Part shown: piece after piece, positions 27,105 through 40,419 of the stretch | Layout of the letters: the number at the start of each line of letters is the position of its first letter | Position numbering within the stretch: position 1 is the first letter of the stretch | Source: the human T2T-CHM13v2.0 reference genome, Homo sapiens | NCBI RefSeq assembly: GCF_009914755.1 | Contig: NC_060929.1 | Strand: one strand, 5' to 3' | DNA length: 64,000 nucleotides | The notes under the pieces: generated by a model | Databases searched by the model: none | Told to the model about the DNA's origin: nothing | What the model saw: the letters and a program-made list of their open reading frames with translations, nothing else | Made by a program: the position numbers and the translations under genes

Positions 27105-27755
27105 TGGTGCAGGGTTGCCCCCAAAATGGGGCTTAGCCCAGGAGAGTTCTAGGCTTCACTAAGGAAAGAATTCAAAAGTAGGCAGACAATGAAAGCAAGT
27201 TTATCAGAGCAATAGTATATAGCAAAATGGCTGCTCCATAGACAGAACAAGGCTAACCCATAGGCAGAGGAGCCTAGAGTAGCCATATAAACCAAAATGA
27301 CTCTCCATAGGCAAAGCAGGACTACCACATGGGCAGAGCAGCTCAGCAAAGCAGCAATGGCAGTTCTGAGAAGCAGCAGGAGCTTACAGCAACAGCAGCA
27401 GTTCAGAGGAGGACCAGCAGCTGCAGCAGCCTCCCCCACTGTGAATTGCTGCCTGACTATATTTATACCTACTCTAAATTATATGCTAATTAAGGGGCAG
27501 GTCACTCAGAATTTTCTAGAAAAGGGGCGAGGGAGTTCCTAGAAGCATATAAGGTGACTCCTAGGTCATTGCTGTGGCATTTGTAGAACGTCATGGTGTC
27601 GGTGGGAGTATCTTTATGCTAATGAGCAGTGAGGGCAAGTAGAGATCAGTTTCATCACCACCTGCTGATATAAAGAGTCTTCTCTGCTACATTCTATTTT
27701 GATCAGCAGGGTTATTTTCGGTGCTTAGAAAAAGTGTTGATGGTCTTCTACCTCA
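27105..27755 (-). mobile_element. MER66-family (ERV1) solo LTR inserted into a MIR
   Basis: Reverse strand begins TGAGGTAG and ends TGCACCA; CTCACTGCTCATTAGCATAAAGA core; 4-bp TSD GATG at 27101-27104 and 27756-27759. Confidence 0.85.
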
Positions 27756-27950
27756 GATGGGCTTTGGAACAGGCATATGTAGTCTCAAGTCTTTGTTTCT
27801 TCATAAATCAGTTGAATCACTTTGGTAAAGTTATTTAACCTCTAATGCTACAGGTTTCTGATAAGTAAAATGGGGTAATACCTGTTATCTCAGATGACTT
27901 TTTGAGAAGAATATACAAAGTATGCATAACTCATGGGGCTTAGCAGACTT
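27756..27950 (+). mobile_element. MIR (5' part at 27081-27104, split by the LTR)
   Basis: ACATAGTGTAGTG..GATG|GGCTTTGG; TTTGGTAAAGTTATTTAACCTCT..GTAAAATGGGGTAATA. Confidence 0.75.
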
Positions 27951-29101
27951 ATAAAATAAATTATTTTCCTCTTGCAATTCTCCTCCTTCCCCTTGACCCA
28001 TTCAATTACATTGAAAATGTGTTTATGTAAAAATAGCCCCAAAATAACAAGAACTTTTAAAAAAGGTTTTGTTTTCCAGTCCCAGCAGTCTGAAAACCAC
28101 TGTGTCACTGGAGCAAATCTAAAAAGTAAAAAGGATTGTCTGTGTTTCACTAAGCCACCATTATTTGATTTGTTTTGTTCATAAAAGTTTACATGCTAGG
28201 AGATTTCTTCAATGATTTCTTTTTAAGGGAGCAAAATTTCTTTCTTCAATCACCATGTTCAGGTCAAAGTACCTTGTCATCTTTACTTCTGATAGTTCCA
28301 ATATCTGCACAGTGCTGGGCACGAGGCTGAAGCCATTGTGTTCTGGATTGAAATATGTACAGAGAGATGAATAATTATACTTCCTCAATCTCCATATAGA
28401 ATCTCAGAGCAAATTTCCAAACTCCTTTGAGAAAGAGTTCTGTTTAATTCAATGAAACAAGACAATTACCAGTAGGTGTAATTCTAGGAACTGAATAACT
28501 GGCTGAGAAGAGATTTACATAAGTAATTATTAAGAACAAAGTTCGTATATTAGTTCATCTAACTCTTCAGTTGTTAAGATATAAAAGTTGCTCTCTAGAA
28601 CTTGGAAAAACTCATTAATTTATATCTAGCTTTCACAATTAGGTTAGCTTTGTACTTACAGAAGCTATATTTTCAGCATCTAAAACTTTCGTTTCACAGA
28701 TCCAATTATACTTAATTAGATTTGTGAAAAGAAAAAACAGTTCTCATTTGTGTTCAATATATAAACTAAATTTCTATTATTTTTACATATCTTTCTAAAT
28801 TCTGTTAATCTTTGTGTTAACTTACATTGTTATAGTTATAAAATTGGTACCTTTTAAAATGATGCTGATACTGTTTATATAGTATCATTACTTATTTCCT
28901 ACAAGTGGTATAGAATATAAAATGTTAGAAGCTTTTATTAACACTAAAAGATAAATTTTTAATGAAAAGAATTCATTCAAATTGTATTTACAAAATATAT
29001 TTTAGTGGGTTTTTACAAAATAAAGTTATATGAACCATCAACTTTGGATATCAATTCATATCTTTTTTTAAATATTAAAATGAAAATTGAAATCAGATTT
29101 G

Positions 29102-30407
29102 TTTCTTTTTTAAAAAATTCTACTTTAAATTCTGGGGTACATGTGCAGAACGGGCAGGTTTGTTACATAGGTATACATGTGTCACAGTGCTTTGCTGCAC
29201 CCAGCAACCCGTCAGCTACATTAGGTATTTCTCCTAATGCTATCCCTCCCCTAGCCCCCCAATCCCCAACAGGCCCCAGTGTGTGATGTTCCCCTCCCTG
29301 TGTCTATGTGTTCTCATTGTTCAACTCCCACTTATGAGTGAGAACATACGGTGTTTGGTTTTCTGTTCTGGTGTTAGTTTGCTGAGCATGATGGTTTCCA
29401 GCTTCATCCATGTCCCTACAAAGGACATGAACTCATCCTTTTTCACAGCTGCATAGTATTCCATGGTGTATACGTGCCATATTTTCTTTATCCAGTCTAT
29501 CATTGATGGGGATTTGGGTGGGTTCCAAGTCTTTGCTATTGTGAATAGTGCCGCAATAAACACACGTGTGCATGTGTCTTTATAGTAGAATGATTTATAA
29601 TCCTTTGGGTATATACCCAGTAATGGGATTGCTGGGTCAAATGGTATTTCTAGTTCTAGATCCTTGAGGAATCACCACACTGTCTTCCGCAATGGTTAAA
29701 CTAGTTTACATTCCCACCAACAGTGTAAAAGCATTCCTGTGTAAAAGCACATCCTCTCCAGCATCTGTTGTTTCTTGACTTTTTAATGATTGCCATTCTA
29801 ACTGGTGTGGTATGGTACCTCATTGTGGTTTTGATTTGCATTTCTCTAATGACCAGTGATGATGAGATTTTCTTCATGTTTGTTGGCCTCATAAATGTAT
29901 TCTTTTGAGAAGTGTCTGTTCATACCCTTCACCCACTTTTTGATAAGGTTGTTTGTTTTTTTCTTGTAAATGTGTTTAAGTACTTTGTAGATTCTGGATA
30001 TTAGCCCTTTGTCAGATGGAGAGATTGAAAAAAATTTCTCCCATTTTGTAGGTTGCCTGTTTACTCTGATGATAGCTTCCTTTGCTGTGCTCTTTAGTTT
30101 TCTTAGATCCCATTTGTCAATTTTGGCTTCTGTTGCCATTGCTTTTGGTATTTTAGTAATGAAGTCTTTGCCCATGCCTTTGTCCTGGATGGTATTGCCT
30201 AGGTTTTCTTTTAGGGTTTTTATGGCTTTAGGTCTTATGTTTAAGTATTTAATCCAACTTGAGTTAATTTTTGTATAATGTGTAAGGAAGGGGTCCAGTT
30301 TCAGCTTTCTGCATATGGCTAGCCAGTTTTCCCAATGCCATTTATTAAATAGGGAATCCTTTCCCCATTGGTTGTTTTTGTCAGGTTTGTCAAAGATCAG
30401 ATGGTTG
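29102..30407 (-). mobile_element. 5'-truncated L1PA7-like element
   Basis: CTACATTAGGTATTTCTCCTAATGCTATCCCTCCCCTAGCCCCC 3'UTR; fragmented ORF2 ORFs 29321-30175. Confidence 0.92.
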
Positions 30408-32015
30408 AATTCTTTTTAAAACAAATTGCTATCAGTATAGTATATCAAAAATAATCATTGGCATAGAAAAATACAGAAATATTTTTTAGAAAATTTGTAG
30501 TTAATTGGAGCTACCAATGATGCATATACAAAAAACCATAATATAATCTAGAATTATTAGATGAAGGAAGTAGCTGGCAACCACCTAAGGGATAGGAGGC
30601 CAACAATGGCATCAACTTCTGATAAGCTAAGTGTAAATACAGAGAAATGTGAAGCTTCTCCTTGTTCACAAACTAACAAACCCCTCACAATAATTTTCTT
30701 CATAGACTGTGAAGATAACTAGCATGAACTTGATAATTTTGATAAATTTTAGCTAATACAAAAAAAATCTGAGATAAAATTTTTATTGAAGTAGGAAAAG
30801 TTATTGATATAGCATAAAATGTCGTGATTCTATCTTTACGTAAGCTATGTGGAAAGCACCTTAGAATACTGTTTTGTTGTGTGTGTTTGTTTTCCTTTTC
30901 CTTCCGCAAAGGCTGGAGACTGTTCAATAATGGACAAGCACCAACAGTAGGATTTAACAAGACACTCTGAAAGATGATCAAACTTGTACTGCAAACTTCA
31001 ACCTTCTTAAAACAATAAGACAACACATCTATCATATGTCTTGTTCTGAGGAATCAAAGCCTGTTGCTGTAAAGGTGCTGTGGCTTCCTCACCATAACCT
31101 TTATTTATATCCTCCTTAGAACACATTTTCTCATTGAATAATCATTACCATGCAATCATTAATATCTTATTTGAAAATAATACAGAGTCATTTCTGTTGC
31201 AGTGAAGCACTAATTGGAATATTCTGAAGCTGAGGATAAGTAATACAAGGTTCATTTGGTTAGAAAGATGTTCATTATTCTTTGCTACCATTGCCTTCTG
31301 GCTGCTTGAAGATCAGGGCCTTGATCCAGTGTTTGCTTTTGCCTCCTGCATTTAGGGAATACTCCTGTGTTGTAAAGTCAGAATCAAGTAAGATGATTCA
31401 CTAATAGTTGCAGATTTTCAGTTATTTTTCCAATTCATTTGAAGCATCCATAAATGTTTTTAAAACAAATTTAACAAGGTATTTTTGTGAGGTTGAACAC
31501 TCTGCCCTGAAACATGTTGAATGGAGATAAAGACTGAAAAAGACAGTGTGATTCACAGGCTGTGTTGGGAAAATAAAGGTCCATTGATAAGTTTTTAAGG
31601 CGATAACTTGAGATGATTAATTTTAACACTCCATTCAATTGTTACTTAATTGGGCAATTTCAAAAATTTTCTTTAAAACTCAGTAAACTGCAAAGAGTTG
31701 AATTCTGTAATGAGCCAAAATGATATTCATGAAAACTGTGCTATGTTATTTGTGCATGATCTGCATAATAACCAGTACCAGAGCTACTCAACTTCTCTCA
31801 ACAGTCATGGCTTAATGAGATAGTTATCCACTCCTAACTCCAAATGTTTCCTTTTTTTTGGTCTTATTCAATATCAGTAAGCATCTGTCAGAAATGCTTA
31901 CAATTATATAGAAGCACTGCCTTCAGTTTTTCTCACTAGTACCAAAGTGACTTTAGCTGAGCTTCTTCTTGTTAGCTAGGAATTTGATCTGCCTTCCAGC
32001 AGCATTTTTGGAGAC

Positions 32016-32493
32016 TGTATTAGTTTCTAGGACTGCTATGATAAAGTACCAAAACCTGGGTGGCTAAAAACAACTGAAATTTATTCTTACAAGGTACTGG
32101 AGGCTAGAAGTCCAAAATCAAGGTAATGCTCTCTCTGAAGGACTAGTTTTAGGGGAGAATCTGTTCTATGCCTTTCTCTTAGTTTCTAGTCTTGCTGCAA
32201 TTCTTGTCAGCCCTTGGCTTGTAGAGGCATCACTCCAATCTCTGTTGCTGTCAACACACAGCATTCTTCTTTGTCTCTTCACATCTTCTCTCTGTGTGTC
32301 TTTCTGTGTCTCGTCTTGTGACACCAGTCATATTGGGTTAGCAGCCCTACTCCAGTATGACCTAATTTTAACTAATTGCATCTGCAATGACCCTATGTCC
32401 AAATAGGTTCTCATTCTGATGTACTAGGAGTTAGGACTTCAACATGTCTTTTTTAGCAGAAGGCAGGCAAGGAGACACATTCAATGCGTAATG
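32016..32493 (-). mobile_element. MLT1B/C (MaLR) solo LTR
   Basis: TGTATTAGTTTC start, GGAGGCTAGAAGTCCAAAATCAAGG, TTAGGACTTCAACAT; 5-bp TSD GAGAC / GAGAA. Confidence 0.88.
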
Positions 32494-32784
32494 GAGAAGA
32501 AGTTTTATGATGGAAATAGTACATGAAGTTCTTAGCTGCTCATTAGGCATTTAGTTCATGGTTGTTTTATGTTTCATATTGCTATATTAATATGTGGTAT
32601 ATGTTTATTCTCTACTTCATTTTACAGAGGATTGAACACAGCTTGAACAAACACACAATATAAGCGTGATTAAAGAAAACTTAAACAGAACTAAAGAATG
32701 CATAATATAAGTAAAATTAAGACAAGCAGGGAAAGAAGACAGTTTAGGAAAGGAGAGTACATTCCTGAACACAGAATTGGACAA

Positions 32785-32990
32785 TTAGAGATCATAGTTC
32801 GAATTATAGCTTTACTGTGTACTAGCTGTATGAACATGGGCAACTTCCCTTTCTCATCTATCCTGATAATAATCTTACCTTGTATTCAACATAAAGCTTT
32901 TCATTCAGGATAAAAAACAATGAGGTGATTTTGTTAAGTTGCTTTGCCCTGTGCCTGACAAAAGATGTGTGCCCTAAAAGATAGCACTTA
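32785..32990 (+). mobile_element. MIR fragment
   Basis: GTTCGAAT..TACTAGCTGTATGAACATGGGCAA..CTGTGCCTGACA. Confidence 0.55.
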
Positions 32991-33529
32991 CTAATGTATT
33001 AACTTTGAAAAAAATAAATATACCAATAATTTTACTGTAAGGGGTTTCAAATTTGCCTTTAAGCTCCCTAGAAGCCAAAGCAAAAAGAGTTATATGATTA
33101 AGTAAATAATCATCACATTCATGTAAGAGCAAAGCCACTGGTTCCTTAAAGGAAGCCAAACTTTGCATTTATAATTTCCCAGAGATATTTCTCATCTAAG
33201 ACATTCTATTGAGAATTCTGAATTATTAGTGAAAATGGTCCTAAGAAATGCAGTGTTGAATATTTTTAGTGCATGTGTCTTATAATATTCTCTGAGGAAA
33301 TTTAAAGTACATGAAAAATACAAATCCCTGAAGATGTAAGATAGTTTTACTTAGGGTACATTGTATTTGATAGAAAGAATATATAGTTTTTAATCTTCCA
33401 CAAATGCCACTTTTGTGACTCAACTTTTTTTAATTGAGTCTACATAAAATTTGAGTTCGAGGTGAGATGAGAATTTGCATATTACTTATCATGTTGACCC
33501 AGTGGCAGTACTCTTTAATTTATGTCATT

Positions 33530-33660
33530 TATTTTGCTCAACTAATATTTAAGTGCCAACTATACATCAGCTTTACTGAGTGTCCAGGAATTGATAATAA
33601 ATAAAAATGGATAAGAATTTCTGTCTTCATGTTGTTTACTTTCCAGTGTAAGGAGGCAGG
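33530..33660 (-). mobile_element. L2 3' end
   Basis: TCAACTAATATTTAAGTGCCAACTAT..TCTGTCTTCATG..TACTTTCCAGTG. Confidence 0.6.
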
Positions 33661-34091
33661 GAACAAAGCCTGAAATCCTGTTTCTCCATCCCCCACCTAT
33701 TCTTCTGTGTCTAGCAGTCCAGTCAGACTAGTCTGTCATTTCAAAGCTTCTTAAACATCTGATGATGACTTCTTCCCTTTCATTAAAAATCAAAATTGTT
33801 AATTTTGTTTTCCTCATGACCTGAGAGAAAGTAGAATGTAGAAAGTGGCTGTTTGGTTGCTATGAGGTGGAGTTTTTAAGGATATTGAGGAAGATAAGAA
33901 AATCATCTGTTACTCTCTCATACCCAGTTGAATTTTCACCATAACAGGCTAGGATGCTAATCCAAATTACTCCCGACTACATACATCTATGCAACTATAA
34001 AATGAGAAATACTATTTTAAAGAATTTTGAGACTGTGTGTATAAATATATTAGCAAAAGTTTTAAAGGTTTTAAATAAGTGGCAGCAACAA

Positions 34092-34393
34092 TGTTGAACT
34101 TTACTTGAGCCTTGTATTCCCAGAAAACAACAATGGTTGAGAAATTTCTCTACCTTTTATTCTCTGAAATCTATCTTCCTTTTTTTATTCTGAGAAATTA
34201 CCAGAAAGGGCCACTCTGCCCTTGCATATTCTAAGACCCACCTGTGTGTGCCCTTCCTCATGGCTCTCCTCTTTCATAAAACCCCAATTTTCTGCCTTGA
34301 AAAAAGGTTTTCCTCATTAGTAACAATTCTCCCTATTGCAATAGCCTGTATAAAATCATCTCTTTAATTATCTCATGCATTATGTGTTTGACA
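34092..34393 (+). mobile_element. ERV1 solo LTR, MER110/MER92-like
   Basis: TGTTGAACTTTAC..TTTGACA (TG..CA); CTCCCTATTGCAATAG; 4-bp TSD ACAA at 34088-34091 and 34394-34397. Confidence 0.75.
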
Positions 34394-35818
34394 ACAATTA
34401 TTTTTTTACTTTCATAAAGTCAATGCATACTTTTGCTTATGTAATTTAATTATGACATAGAATTAAACACGTAATGAACCACTCCTTTAGGAATATTATT
34501 TCATAAAGACTTAAAGAATATGCTCTATTTTTCTTCTTTTATAATTATGTTGACTAAGAGCAATGAACATATCTTTTAAAAGTCTTACAGAAAATACACA
34601 CAAATGAGAATAGATTAGTTCTCTGCAGTTTTTTTTTACATCTGCTTTATGAGAAACATGTTTTTGGTGGTGAGAGTTTATTTATTGTATATTTAACCAA
34701 CTATTGTGAAAGTCCTTAAAGTTTCATAAAAATATGTGTAGTTTTTTTCAGATAAAACTTTTGACCTGGAGAGTTCTTTTAACCCATTAGAGCGGTTAAT
34801 CTTCTTTACCTAAGCCTGTGTCTATGCATAAATATTTTGATAGACTCTATTTGGGTAAATTTAGGGAGCCAGAAAGTTGTAATCCTCTAAAGAAATAGTG
34901 ACATTTGTTTTCCATTGAACAGAAGAGTTCTTTTTTTCCATGCATTTTTAAAGGATTCTGCCCAATTTTAATATTAGAATATTCTGAAAACTGGCATTTA
35001 TAGATATGGATTTTTTATTCTGAGTCCAATTATCAGTTTTTGCAGGATCAAAAACATGCATGCCAAAAGACCTCTGGGAATTTTTATGTAAGTATTCAGG
35101 TATAACTGGAAACATCCACATGCACTGGGTAGTTTAAAATTAGCCATTTCCTCACAAGTTCTTGCTGCTTCTTTCAGTTCCGGAGGCTGTCAGGATTTAC
35201 AGCATACCTTATTTACTTAGAATAATTCAAATACCTTTTCTTTTTTGTCCAAAAAGCAGGGAGAGAGTACCTACGCAAATAGTTAAAGTGAACAAAATTA
35301 TGAGAGATATATTTACCTACTTAAGAAAATGAAGAGTTTTAAAACTCTTTGGAAGCAACTGTTTTATGCCATACATTTGCAATGTAAACAATGGGGAGCT
35401 ATATATATCCAGGCCAATGTTGTGATACATTTATCAAGGCCATTCTTAGCTATTCATTAAAGCAAAACAAGGGACATTCTGCCAGTCAATTGTCCAGTGC
35501 TGGCTGCCACCTTCTCTTCACTGGGAAAAACAAACAACAGTAAAAATCCCAGCATTTATTTGAGGACATTGTGTAGAGTAATAATATCATTGAGTACATG
35601 TTTTGAATTTGCTTTGGAACAAATTGATTTATTACTACAACAATTTAGCTTTGTGATTCCTATTACCCATTAACTGCTTTAAATAAGAAAACTTTTTTTC
35701 AAATAAGATAAACTTACCCAAAGCAGGAAAATCCAAAGGAAGATTATTTGATCCCAAATTTATATTTTTCTGACTCTAATTTTACTCATCTTCTTTGGCT
35801 ATCAATGAGAAAATGGAA

Positions 35819-35874
35819 GAATTTCTTCCATTAGCTTGTCTTGTTCTTGAATTTCTTCCAGTTAGTCTTGTTCT
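35819..35874. repeat. Two-copy tandem duplication, period 30 bp
   Basis: GAATTTCTTCCA..GTCTTGTTCT twice. Confidence 0.75.
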
Positions 35875-36888
35875 ACTGTCTTAGTTGGTACTATAGCAGT
35901 GGGTTGTTCAAATATAGTGCTTTCTGAAATGTGAAATACCGAAAATTAGTCTGGCAATGTGCTGCTTGGAAGGAACATATGCTGCACCGTCTGGCAACAT
36001 GTGGCATAGTCACATAGGGCAGAAACACTGCATACTCTGTTTACTTGTTGGAGACCCACAGTGCACTTTCTTATACTGAAGGTTCTGATAAGTCTTGCAA
36101 TAAGCATGTTTAATATTATTTTAAAGTGTTCAATGTTTATGATCAAATAAATTTATGTAATTCTAAACTAATATATTAAAGGGCTTCATATAACAAACTA
36201 GATATATTATCTAGCATGATGAACCTTATTATAAACATATGCAAGGCAGTGGGTAGCCTCTCAGTAGCCTCACAGCCAGGCTTCACAAAGGAATGTTTTG
36301 TTCCCCATGGTAAATAGTCATCCAAATGACCTTTTGGGTAGAAGAGCAATGCTAGGGTGATCCGTTCCTTCAGTATTTTCAGTAGTCATTATTATTCCTC
36401 TTCTCTAATGCCATTGTGGGAAGCCAGTATGCCAGTTGTGGGAGCAATGGGAGCAGTAGAAGTAGTGAAATGATCACAGATTGAATCCTCTCCAAAGACA
36501 CAGTTAATTGGATTTTTAATCATAAGCCAGTACAGGCAGCTCCAGTCCAAAACACCTCAGAGATTCCTGGCCAGTCTAGACAATTTTTTAAATCACAGGT
36601 CAACGTGTTTAATGCCATATGACTTACTCCTCTGCCCACAGTTGACTGGGCCAATGATTGGCAGTTGACTGGAAGTCACAGGTCTTATTTGTTATATGTT
36701 AAATTCTTATATTTACAAGGGTCACTTTATGAATCATCTATTCTTTAAAATTGGATTAGATGTCTTTCTGTGTTACTCAAATGAATTAAGAACCATCATG
36801 TGTATTTTAATTATTTGACACAACTTGTGAAATAGTTCGATGAGGCTAGTATTTGTACTATAATTAGTACTTAGCTAAAATTCAGTAA

Positions 36889-37202
<314 letters not shown>

Positions 37203-37871
37203 GATCATTCCAGTTTTAGTGTCAGAGATTCAAAGCCTACATGATTTAACACTCAGTCTAAAGTTTTTTGTATCTGTCTCCCTCTTTCTTATTTACTGTA
37301 CATTCAAGGTAGACTCAAGATTCACTCTGCACCAGTCCTCCATGATCCTTCTGTTTGGTCTTGCTTCATCAAGGAGAATTTTTGTGCAGTGCTACAGATG
37401 TCGTTGTATCATCCTTATTATTTTCTCCATCTCTCAAAAACAATTATATAAAAATCATTGTTATATCTGCTGAACTTAGCCTCATGTACATAAGCGGGGA
37501 ATTGTTGTTAGGGGATTTATTGACCTCTATTTTAGTTTTGTTGTATAGTATATTCACTCGTTAAATTTACCCAGATCCTGTTTCTGCCTTAAAATTGTCT
37601 TTATGGTGATATTAACTGATGCAGATGCCCTATTAGGAATAGAAAATGCCAGTGTTTTCTTACTTACTCACAATGAAAAATGACCACTCAGCCAAGAAAA
37701 ACTAGGTCTATGCAAATTTATGTTTTTGTCACATGTGAAATAACAGCATAAAGATAAATCCATTTGCTTGCTATACCTCTTTTTTCAAGGGGATTCTCCT
37801 TTGTCTTCCTCCGTATTATAAGCTTATGTTCTCATAACTGTTAATATAGATGCATTAAGAGGGGTGGTTAT

Positions 37872-38207
<336 letters not shown>

Positions 38208-39249
38208 TCAGGTAGTAGTTAACCCTCCCAAATTTTCTCATAAATAGCTGGTTTTTAATATGTGGTGAGGGAAGGTGAGACTCAGCACTATCACCAATGT
38301 TGTCTCATACTGTGATTCTTTCACAGATTGATAATGAAAGATGCCCAGTTCTCTTGATCCAGCCAATGTATTGCAAAGATAGTCTAGCACTTTGAATTTT
38401 CCAGTCCATCTTACTGTCAAATACCACTATGGACAGCATAAGAAGATACTGTGCAAAACGCTCAAAGGCCTAAAAAATATTCAATCTTAGATAAATAAAT
38501 AGTTAAAAGGGTTATTCCTAGGAAAGAATGGCATAGCTCAACCTCTAAGGGATAACTGGTTGTAAAGATATATTTCTGTATCCACTTAAAATAGATTATT
38601 TTAGAAGAAGGCAAGAAGGAGTAAGGTTTTGTTAGTTTTACCCCTGAGCCGTAGAATGTATTAGTTCATGGCTGATGTGCAGCAAATTCTAACAAGATCT
38701 GTCAGCCCGTGGAGATGAGCCATTTGTGAGAATCCTCATTTATGTAGTACATATTTGTGTCTTCTGGGTATCACCTCTTTTTATTCCACTTTCATCTAGC
38801 CTAAACATCTAGTTTTTCTTAACAGATTTGATTCACTATTTGGCTTTCAGATACATTTATATCACCTACTCTCATATCCTACGTTATTATGTCGCAAAGA
38901 ACAGACGCAAGAAAAGCTGTCTTTCCATGTTCACTCCTCTTTGACCTGTGGCATGGGCTCTAATTTCTCCCTAAAGATGTTCTGGATATTTTTTCCCTTG
39001 TCTTTTGCCTATTTGAAAGGGTAATCTAGAGGATCTATAGTAACCTTTTTTTTTTTTTTCCCTCTCCTGTGCGCTTTTTCTGTTTCTCCTTTAGCTGACT
39101 TTATTACTACCAAACACCTCATTTTTCAGTCTGGCTCTATTTTCTTTTGATGTCATAAACTTCAGGATAAGGTGCTTTGCCAGATACTTGGTAAGCATTT
39201 TTATCTTTAAATTCTGCTGGCCTTTCTTTGATTGTTAAAGGGGTTCTTA

Positions 39250-40140
<891 letters not shown>

Positions 40141-40419
40141 TTATTTGTGTACTTTTTTTCTGTTCCAGTTGGCCATTCCCATCTCTTAGATCCCCTAATG
40201 TGTGCTTTTAGACCTATTCTCCTAGTATGTTTCTTATCATAATCATCCTTTTTGTCTTTTCATCTGAACTTTAAGAGATGTCACAACTTCACTTATAACT
40301 GAAGTATTTTTTTCAATTTACCATTAATTTCCTCCATTGCAGATTTCATCAGGAATAATGCTTTCATTTCCACGAGTTATTTCAAGATCCCAATGATTTC
40401 ATTCTCTCTAGATGTCTCC

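Noticed and set aside
27149-27542. Overlapping polyQ/polyA/polyC ORFs
   Set aside because: Low-complexity CAG tract within the MER66 LTR.
35332-35349. Perfect 18-bp palindrome AAGAGTTTTAAAACTCTT; another at 58355-58372
   Set aside because: Roughly one is expected by chance in 64 kb of AT-rich DNA.
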